Assembly (NCBI GenBank): GCA_030390025.1
Contig: JASTWF010000035.1
Location: 1,922,001 to 1,986,000, forward strand
Direction of reading: 5' to 3'
Length of the DNA: 64,000 nucleotides
DNA from: Squalus acanthias
Taxonomy: Eukaryota
Each line of letters begins with the position of its first letter. Position 1 is the stretch's first letter. This document shows positions 11,800 to 20,826 of the stretch, in pieces. The position numbers and the translations under genes were made by a program. The notes beneath the pieces were generated by a model. It saw only the letters and a list, made by a program, of their open reading frames with translations, made no database searches and was not told where the DNA came from.

Positions 11800-12228
11800 G
11801 AGTTATCTCTCAGAGCTCAACCCTTTCATTTTGGGATCAGTCTTGCTGCTCTTCATTGTGCCCTCTCTAATACTTGTGATGTGGTGAATTGAACACAATA
11901 CTGAAATGTGCACTGTGGAGCCCAGGTGTAATCTTCAGAGACTTCTGCCCAATTATTCTTGCTACATATCCCAGCATTTACTGTCACAATAAACTCCCCC
12001 CATTTATGAATTAGCCCTCTCTCACAGGTTCACTTCCAGATCTCTCTCTGCAGTTCACTTTCACTCACTGTGTAATGTACAATCCTTTGCCCAATATGTA
12101 GTATTTGATATTCAGCAATGTAATATTTCACCTGCCATTTATCTGCCCAATCCCCTGGCCTATCAGAATCATTCTGTCAACCTTTTGCTCCATCCTCTGT
12201 CTCTACCGCTGTCAGTAAATTTGACAAG
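11800..12228 (-). mobile_element. very degenerate CR1 ORF2 fragment
   Basis: cacctgccatttatctgcccaatc is the reverse of DWADKWQV, with other CR1-like patches. Confidence 0.6.
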
Positions 12229-12239
12229 CATAAGAGCCA

Positions 12240-12750
12240 ATTTATCTCTGCCCACTGCCCAGATGGAATGGGGCGGGCGAGCGATTAAACTGACGGTAGA
12301 GCACTTCCTCCTGTGTTTCTGACAACTTTGTGCCCGCCGTCAATGGCAGGCAGGTGAGGGCCTTGTTGATATTTAAAAGTCGGGGCATGAGGACGTCATT
12401 CGGACCCCGACATGACTTTATCCCCGGGTAGTGCAAGCTGCGCAGTGGCGGATCCACAGCAGGGCCCAAAGTGGTAATAGCAGGAGCGCGCCTTTAGAGT
12501 CCTCAGGGAAACCTTGGGCCTTCCCTGTCCTGGTGTTCCTTCTCCCTCCCCCAACCTCAATCCCATCCCAACCCTGCCCCGACCACAGACCTTTGTGCCG
12601 GAGACAGACCCTTCGAATCCGCGGAAGCGGCCTTCTGGCATATGAAAACTGATTCCCGCCCACCTGCCAACCACCTCGTCATTTCTGCCGGGTTCAAGCT
12701 TGAGACCTGGGAGTTAAAATGGTCCAGGCCTCACATCGGCACCGTCATGA
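12240..12750. mobile_element. degenerate GC-rich non-autonomous DNA transposon (MITE-like)
   Basis: A GC/CpG-enriched island with gatatttaaa and gacgtcat motifs also present in the 24547-25319 element. TIRs were not resolved. Confidence 0.4.
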
Positions 12751-13637
12751 GCACTTGCTGCCCATCCTGCCCCTGCATGGTGTACTCTCATTCCAAGTTA
12801 AAATCAGGACTTTTGTTTTTATATCTACCTATTAGTGTGGATAATGTTTGGCTTGGTGACACCCCTGGAGAGTCACGATCAGCCAGGGGAGCAGAGTCAA
12901 GGTCTGCTTGAGGGTCACAGTTGGCACCTACCTTGAGGTCAGAATTGGGGCCTGTCTTGCGATCTGGGTTGATCTTTTCTTGGGAGTCAAAGTGGAGAGC
13001 TACCTGGGTTGTATAAGGTGCCTGGTGTGCAGAGCCCAGGAACTGCCTGGTATTTGGAGTTTAGAGCCTGCTTTGCATTTTTATCTGTAGCCTGCCTTGC
13101 AGCTGAAATCTGGGGTGTGTCGAGCACTCCAGGGGTAATTTTCTGATGTTGTGTTCCTTGTGAGAAGACTTGCCTGCCAGAAGCACACATTGGAAATTCA
13201 GGTGCAGGCTGCGTACAATCTTCCAACCATTGATTGAAACGGTTTGGAATTCATGTGCAGCATCTGCCCAAACTTCCAACATGTGCTTCTGACGGGCGAG
13301 GCTTCTCACCAGAAGCGCAAAGTTGGAAAATTACCCCTTTGGTGTCCACATAGATTTCCTTCAATGCATTTCAGCTGAGATATCAGGGAAGGTTTTGTGC
13401 AGCAGAACCTCTCTTGAAAGAAGGAGTGGGAGTCAACAAATACTATTCTTACTCGCCTCCTTTAGCAGTTACAGACTGCTTGGAACTGACAGAGGTCTGG
13501 AGCAGGTTACATGCCCAGCCCCTTAGTCAGTGAGAAAGTGGTTTAAAAAGGGCAGGGGAGAGGAACTGACGAAACAGTAGAGGAAAATCGATCTCTCCGG
13601 TGTACAGCAAGCTCACAGTGATTTCTTCTCCATTTAG

Positions 13638-13707
13638 AGCACACATTGATGCCTCCACTGGACTGCAACATCCACTCCCGAATACCGTAATCTGACAGTC
13701 CGACCCC
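13638..13707 (+). CDS. candidate 70-bp exon (reading frame uncertain)
   Basis: Acceptor atttcttctccatttag| and donor CCC|gtaagt. Phase 2 reads (R)AHIDASTGLQHPLPNTVI*. An alternative frame contains PEYRNL but has an upstream stop. Confidence 0.4.
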
Positions 13708-13934
13708 GTAAGTAACTGAACCGTTTCTAATACACAATCACTGTTCCAAACATAAAAGGGTTGGCTGCCAACTGTTCGGGGATGAAAGTGTTGGTGATTG
13801 GGCCAAATGTCCTGTGTATCCGCTCCGATGGTGGAAGTGCAGCGGACAAAACTTCTGCCTGACTGTTTGAGCCCCTGACCCCAGCCCACTTCCTGCCTGT
13901 TGTAATGGTGCATTTAAATAGCAAGCCTGGGACC

Positions 13935-14052
13935 GCCACCACCCAGAGGACAAGGGCAGCAGGTGCATGGGAACACCATCAGCTGCAGGTTCCCCTCCAA
14001 GTCACACACCATGCCGATTTGGAAATATATCGACATTCCTTCAAAATCCTGG
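13935..14052 (+). mobile_element. fragment of the 3' region of the tRNA-headed LINE family
   Basis: Homologous to ~18510-18640 (ggacaagggcagcagg...ttcccctccaagtcacacaccat). Confidence 0.85.
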
Positions 14053-14626
14053 GACCCTTGTTTTAAACAATCTACCGTTGTTCACTTGAGTAGTAACAAA
14101 TTCAATCTTATGGTTATAATGATTGTATTTTTTCTACTTTAACATAAAAAAAATCTAAAAGTGGAGTATAATTTCTTCAGCGTATAACACAATTTATGAA
14201 CAAAGTTTTGTCAGCAGATTTGAATGTAGGCATGCATTCATCCTTGTACATTTCTCTCTTCTAGACAACATAAAAGCTTATTTTTTATACACTGTTTTTC
14301 TCCTATCAAACTGGAACTGTCATTGCCTTATATGATAGTCTCTGGTCAATGCACAGTCCTTTGGCCGATTCTTATGCACACAAGTTTACATTTCTCTACA
14401 ACATACGTACATCAACAACCTTTCACGTAAGTTGCAGTGTCCTTGTTATTGTGACCGTAACAGTTATAATCTAAACATTCTATTATGGCACTACTATAAA
14501 CATCCCAAGGCCTTACTTCAATCTTGAACACTGGCTGTTGCTAGGGTGATCTGTAATTCTTTCTCTCTCTCTCTCTCAACTGTTGCTCGGCCAGGGTATC
14601 TCTCTGTCCCTCATGTACCAGCATCT

Positions 14627-14776
14627 CTACCTAACAGCACTGTGGGTATCTTCACCACACAGACAGCAGCGGTTCAAGAAGAAGGCTCGCCACCACCTTC
14701 TCAGGACAACTAGGGATGGGCAATAAATGGCAGCCTTGCTAGTGACTCCCATATTCCAAGAATGAAATAAAAAAAT
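14627..14776 (+). mobile_element. 3' end of the tRNA-headed LINE family
   Basis: aacagcactgtggg...gggatgggcaataaatg...A-rich tail, homologous to 18645-18749. Confidence 0.85.
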
Positions 14777-15229
14777 AACCTTGGGTGGGTGTTGATGTGC
14801 TACATGCCTCAAGTAGAGGGGAGAAGGAATTTGCTGTGGCATCTTGCCACAGTATAAGTAGGCCCGTGCTCCTATGGGAACTGGTTCCCTAATGCAGTCA
14901 CTCACTCTGTGGCTATAATAATCCTATCCTTATTTGGGTGGTCATATTGAGCACCCAGTGTCATTTTTAGTGGAAAACAGAGAGACAGAGAGCAGCAGAA
15001 CCTGATTTTCCACACCTGTTTGGCCAGGTTACACTGGTTTTCTGATATAACAAGACAGATAATTTGGCCTTTGATTTGTTTGGTGGCAAAGTGGGTAACT
15101 GGAGCTGGCAATCCAGTTCCAGTTGAACTGCTGTATATTGAACCTCTTTTACAGTAACACATCACCATGTTGTGTAAGATCGACCAACAAAGGACCAGGT
15201 GGAGAGATTAATGATCTAACAATCACTCT

Positions 15230-15365
15230 CAGCTCCCCTGGTGTCTCATGAGTAGCTGAGCCACACAGACCATGAATATTCCAGGTTTGCTTCCCAGTCT
15301 GTGCTGCAGTGTCTGATCTCAGCTGAGGCCAGTAAAGGGGCTACGATTGGTCCTGGCACTTGCTC
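15230..15365 (+). mobile_element. possible old tRNA-derived SINE head
   Basis: ctgagccacacagacc...ccaggtttgcttcccagtctgtgctg...ctgatctcagc resembles a degenerate SINE 5' region. This rests on recognition only. Confidence 0.35.
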
Positions 15366-15603
15366 CTCCTAACTGGTGCTAAGTGTTTCTGGTGCTGTGT
15401 GTTTCAACTGGTGTTCTTCCTCAAACTCTATCTCTATTTCTTCCCCCAAAGTAGATGCTTGTGGCTGTTGGAATGAGTGAAATGGATGATCCCTTTGCCT
15501 CTGGGCCTGTGAGCTGCTGCTCCTCTTCCGGCCCTACGGAAACCCAATGGGGAAAAGCATAGATTTGAATCCTTGGAGCACATTCCATTTGCCATAGATA
15601 TGA

Positions 15604-15722
15604 TTTTTTTTTATATTGGTTTATGGGATGTGGGCGCCGCTGGCAAGGCCAGCATTTATTGCCCATCCCTAATTGCCCTTGAGAAGATGGTGGTGAGCCG
15701 CCTTCTTGAACTGCTGCCATCC
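15604..15722 (-). mobile_element. 3' end of the tRNA-headed LINE family
   Basis: Reverse complement of the caagggcaattagggatgggcaataaatgctggcctt...cccacatccca terminus plus poly-A. Confidence 0.88.
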
Positions 15723-16188
15723 GTGTGGCATGATGATGATATGGTGGCAAGTAAGATTCCTTTTAGGAGACTTCATGACTGTTCCGTAAAGTCAGAAAAA
15801 GTTGTAAATACAGGCAACAATCTGCAGATTCGCCTCTCTCCAATGGCGAGCATGAAGCAGTGGCCCACGATATCAAGGATTAGTTCCTCGATGCGAGTCA
15901 CCTCCAGTTTTCAGCCTCTCCCTTCCATTGTGGGCCTCTTTGGCCCTTACACGTAGGACTGCGATGAAAGGCTGACTGTTTTTTGAGATGTGCCACAGCT
16001 GGGCCATTAACCGTTGTACTGCCCAGAAGATGATTGTGCGAACATGCAGCATGGAAGTGGGGAGTGTATGAGAGGTTACAAGGGCAGAGAAAGATGTACT
16101 GAGTGTGTTTGACACAGTGCTATTGTTAGAAAGGGCAAAGGGGTCTACAGATATGAGGTGTAAAATTCAACTTGGACAGGGACGCACC

Positions 16189-16257
16189 AGGGCAATTAGG
16201 GATGGGCAATAAATGCTGGCCTTACCAGCGATGCCCACATCCCATGAATAAAAAAAA
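16189..16257 (+). mobile_element. short 3' end of the tRNA-headed LINE family
   Basis: agggcaattagggatgggcaataaatgctggccttaccagcgatgcccacatcccatgaataaaaaaaa. Confidence 0.88.
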
Positions 16258-16635
16258 CTACTTCCACACTGGGAGCAGAATTTCAGCCTCATAGTTCCCA
16301 TTGCTACAACAACTTCAAGTTTGTCATCTTGTTGCCAATACTTCTAGAATTCATATATAAGAACCTTAATAGGGTAACCCTGACTTTTACAGCATTCCTG
16401 TTCTGAATTTCTTCTCTTTTTTTGTCTATTTTGTTTATATCTACTCCCAGTCTTTCTATATTAAATCCTCCTCCATTGTTCCATTTACACCCTCTACAAG
16501 GGCATTGGTACTAAATGGCTGATTGTAGCCTGTCCAATCTGAACAGTTTCTTCCTATCCCAGAATATGTCTCAATGTCCTAGGAATCTAAAACCTTTCCT
16601 TCTACACCATCGTTTTAATCACCTATTGACATATT

Positions 16636-17243
16636 TATGAACATACGAACAATGACAGACAGGCAAAGACCCTCTGGTCATCGAGCCTGTCCCACACAAT
16701 TGCGATACCTTGTGCATCACAACATACACTCCCTACCCCACCCCAAACCATGTGATCTCCTGGGAGAGGCGAAAAATCAGCTACAAACCCAGGCCAATTT
16801 GGGGGGAAAAAATCTGGGAAATTCCTCTCCAACCCATCTAGGCAATGGAAACTAGTCCAGGAGATCACTCTGGCCCTGAACGCCCTGTAGTACCTACCTT
16901 CTGTAAGAGATGATCTCCGCCCCAGCCAGAAACAAATCCAGCTCTCGCTAGAAGAAATTCAGCGAAACAGCGTCCACCGCACGAGATGGCAGCCTGTTCC
17001 AGAGGTCCACTATTCTCTGGGAGAAGAACCATCTCCTGACATCTAATCTAGATCTTGCCTTATACAACTTAAATTTGTGACCCCTGGTCCTCCCTAACCT
17101 ATTTAATTGGAAGAAACTGTCAACTGGAACACAATCAATCCCCTTCATTATCTTATAAACCTCAATTGTATCACCCCAAATCTACGCTTCTCTGAGGTAT
17201 AGAGTCCCAACTATTCTAGCCTATCTTGATAACTAAGATGCTT
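16636..17243 (-). mobile_element. CR1 3' fragment with long 3' UTR
   Basis: ORF 16948-17148 (RTRGHKFKL, FFSQRIVDLWNRLP) and a tail of gttcgtatgttcata on the - strand. Confidence 0.85.
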
Positions 17244-17492
17244 TAAACTGTTTCCGTCTGACTGATCCAGCACACAGTACCAGATGTAATCTTGAGCCTT
17301 CTACCCTTGAGATTTTTGCACTTCAGTCTGGAGCTTAACTCCTTATACACCCTCTGCAAGACCTCCATCCTAGTCTTTCCTAAGCCTTTGTTTCCTATGG
17401 GAATCACTTCTGGCTGATTTCTCCCCCTCTCCAGAAGTTTTTCCTCCTTCTCCGTTCTGTTGCTTACCCTGGCACCAGGGAGGAGCCACACC
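17244..17492 (-). mobile_element. degenerate CR1 ORF1 (SGNH esterase) fragment
   Basis: LPGARV...QPEVIPIGNKGLGK...EVLQRVYKELSSRLK parallels the ORF1 at 24112-24190 (TNDIGKKQDEVLKAEYRELGGK). Confidence 0.7.
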
Positions 17493-17525
17493 AGGTGCCT
17501 CTGGTCAATCTACAAAACATACTCA

Positions 17526-17893
17526 GGTAGAAATTGGATTCAGCTTGTTTTCGGGGTCAAAATAGGTGATACACTGCAGGCACTGGCCAGAAGCCAGAGG
17601 CCCAAGGCGCACCCGAAATTGGGCCTCATTTTGATAATAGAGGCGAGCTGCCGACGCCTGTCAGAGGAAGCTCGCCCGATGCCAGGGATCTAATTTGGGC
17701 CTGCTACCTCACCGACATTGCCCGTGACCCTCATGTAAGTCCTGGGGGGTGGCGGGGTGGGGTGGGGTCGGAGGAAAATGTGGGTGGGGGCGACGATTGC
17801 GGGCCAACAGCAGCCCGCTGTAGTGCTGTGGAGCTGGGAGGTGAACTCCAATCCTCCCAGCTCCACAGGCGAGGAAGTAAAAAATCATTCCCA
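17526..17893. mobile_element. degenerate GC-rich MITE-like repeat
   Basis: It starts ggtagaaattg, similar to the TIR of 24547-25319, and has a GC-rich interior. No matching right TIR was found. Confidence 0.35.
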
Positions 17894-17913
17894 ACCATTT
17901 GTCCCAACCATAT

Positions 17914-18749
17914 GGGTACAGTGGTTATGTTACTGGACAAGTAATCCAGAGGCCTGGGCTGGTAATCTGGAGATGTGTATTCAAATCCCACCATGGCACT
18001 TTATGAATTTTGAGTTCAGTTAAATAAATAAATCTGGAATAAAAAGTAATGGTGACCATGAAGCTGTTGGATTGTTGTAAAAACCCTTTTGATTCACTAA
18101 TGTCCTTGAGGAAGGAAATCTGTCATCCATAACCTGGTCTGGCATAGATGTGACTCCAGACCCCAGCAATGTGCTTGATTCTTAACTGCCCTCTGAAATA
18201 GCCTAGCCAGCCACTCAGTTGTATCAAACATATAATAAGAATAAAACCAGACGGACCACCAGGCATCGACCTAGGCATCGGATTCCAACACGACAAATGC
18301 ACACCCAGCCCAGTCAACCCTGCAAAGTCCTCCTCATTAACATCTGGGGACTTGGGCCAAAATTGAAGACCTCTCCCACACTAGTCAAGCCTGACATAGT
18401 CACTCCCTCCACTGCCGGCGAGCCGTGGCTGCACTGTGTACCATCTACAAGATGCACAGCAGCAGCTCGCCAAGGCTTCTTCAACAACACCTCCCAAACC
18501 CACGACCTCTACCACCTACAAGGACAAGGGCAGCAGGCGCATGGGAACATCACCACCTCCAAGTTCCCCTCCAAGTCACACACCATCCTGACGTGGAAAT
18601 ATATTGCCGTTCCTTCATCGTCGCTGGGTCAAAATCCTGGAACTCCCTCCCAAACAGCACTGTGGGAGCACCTTCACCACACGGACTGCAGCGCTTCAAG
18701 AAGGCAGCTCATGTGCACCTTCTCATGGGCAACTAGGGATGGGCAATAA
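17914..18749 (+). mobile_element. non-autonomous internally deleted LINE with a tRNA-like head (bipartite SINE-like element)
   Basis: A/B-box-like head, then a body homologous to 1-355 including the APE start (VLLINIWGL), joined near 18402 to the ORF2 C-terminus (LCTIYKMH...RSF...WNSLP) and 3' terminus. Confidence 0.8.
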
Positions 18750-18999
18750 GTAAATATAGGGCAATAAAATACATTTTAAAACATTCGACGGCCTCCAGCA
18801 CAGATTGTGCAGAGAACCTCATGCCCAGAAATTGGCAGACATTGCGCCCATGATATGCCAGAAACACATCCCAATTTCTACCCTGCTCTGTATCCCCAGT
18901 AGAATCCCCCAGCAACTTCTCATCTCCTATCCTCATGGCTCCATGCTGCATTGGTGTTGCTAATGATCACTTTCCCTGTGTCTCTGTCTTTGCCCTCAT

Positions 19000-19900
19000 A
19001 ATGATGGGGCTGAAAATCGTTGGGAGAAGGAAGATTCCGGCGTAAGAGCATGGAAGGTCCCCACCTTGTCCACAGGCTGCAACTTGCGGCAGAGGTTGTC
19101 AGTTCCAGTGGGGGGGCCGAGCACTGAAATAATTTTTAAAAACAAAACCCTTTTCCTCCAGGAATCAAAGCCATGTTCCTGCTCTGGATCCCAGGTGGAC
19201 CCCACTACTGCCCTTTCGTGGCCTGGTACATCTGGTCTGGTTTCACCACCGCTGACCCCACCCGAGGGCAGGAGATGCAGCAACTCCGGGTGTAGGGGGT
19301 TCTCTGCCCAATGCCCCCCGGGTTTGTCCCCTCCAATATCAATGGTCTTATTTGGGAGCAGCCAAAGATACCACCCCAGCCAAGGCATGAAGAAACACTG
19401 ACTTGAAGCCGAGAGCTGGTGTATTTATGCTTCCTGTTTCCTTTGCTCCCTCCGCTGTTGGTCACCCACTTCCTCCTGGTTCTTTCACTATTCTTTATCT
19501 GGAGGGGTGAGGTGGGGGTTCCCACCTTTTGGACTGGGCTGCCCAAAACCTTTCCTCTTGTAAAATAAAGCTAGGTGAACCTTGAGCTCAGCATTCTCTG
19601 TTTGAGCAACACAACCCTTGGACACGTTATAATTGTGTACTCTTCCTGGATATTTAGCAGATCCATAATATCCCACCACACACAAGTCTGGCTCCTGATA
19701 TTTCCCTAATCCTAGCTGCTGCGCTAATTCTAGAGCTTGCAGTTCTCTAGAAAGTGAAGCACAACTTCTCACTGGCACAAAGCACATCACCGTTTTTTTT
19801 GCAATCACGGTTTCTTATTTCGTAAAGGTAATCTCCACAGTGCAAGAGAGCGAGAATTAACCGATAAGGGGAAAGAAGTTCTAAGACAGCCCACTCACTG
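19000..19900 (-). pseudogene. possible decayed Tx1/L1-type ORF1 (gag-like) remnant
   Basis: Overlapping - strand ORFs. DYLYEIRNRDCKKNGDVLCASEKLCFTF loosely resembles the N-terminal region of Tx1 ORF1 proteins. No zinc knuckle is visible. Confidence 0.3.
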
Positions 19901-19940
19901 CCAAACCATTGACCATTTATTAACACTCTTCTCTCCACAG

Positions 19941-20140
19941 ATTCAGACATCTACTGGCCAACAACAATGACCTTATTGAATATACAAGATCACGATATGT
20001 GCCCATCTGTGATCACATCTCTGTTCTGCGTATTACCTTGTATTAAAACCCTAGAATGTTGTGGGGAAGGGGCGCAGGTCAGAAACATTCCAATGAGCAC
20101 GATACTATTTAATCTGAATAAAGAGCCAATTTTCCCACTG
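19941..20140 (+). other. candidate terminal exon of the membrane-protein gene
   Basis: Strong acceptor ttaacactcttctctccacag| at 19940 and AATAAA at 20117-20122. The frame is unresolved. Confidence 0.35.
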
Positions 20141-20741
20141 AAGCAATCATTTACAGTAAGGACGACAAAGTCAGAAGTACTTGGTGTGATATGCTGAGCA
20201 TTTATTTCACTTCACTTCTATGTTGTAACCTGTATGATCAACTTCACAACTCCGAGTATTTGTTCAGCAATAATTCTGTTGTTTAGCATTAATTATAGTA
20301 TTTCTACTAATTATATATATTTATTTTTCATGGGGTAACAGCACTGCTACTCCTGGCAACTACTTGTGGGTCTAACTCTGGTGAATAAACTGACCAAATA
20401 AAGAGCAGGCTGAGCAACATACCACAGATATTTCATGTTAGCAATAGTGAGACTAAACACGTAGCCAGCGATTAAAATCTACTAATTAATTTAGCTAAAA
20501 GTGTGTTGGGTAAATGGAAGTGTTTGCGGCCTCTCCAGCAAGGCTTTATGCTGCTTTGATTGAAAGTGCTTCAGTACAGCAGGACAATGCAGCGTATCAC
20601 TAATAATGCTGCATATAACAAAAAACTTAGCATTGAATTCCATCAGATTTCAGTTCAGCGATATTACTAATCCTGTCATTGCACTCTTGGAAATGTGAAC
20701 ATGTTTCTCTAACTTGGCTCTGAGCTGGGCTCCCTAACACA

Positions 20742-20826
20742 GTTAGGTGTTGTATTTGACCCTGAAATGAGCTTCCGACAACATATCTGCTCCATCACCA
20801 AGACCGCCTACTTCTACCTCCGTAAC
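20742..20826 (+). mobile_element. L2 LINE fragment, left of the CR1 insertion
   Basis: Translates as LGVVFDPEMSFRQHICSITKTAYFYLRN and matches the reverse of ~29590-29670. Confidence 0.85.

Noticed and set aside
14265..14430. Possible exon after tttctctcttctag
   Set aside because: AT-rich sequence with an unconvincing peptide in every frame and no independent support.
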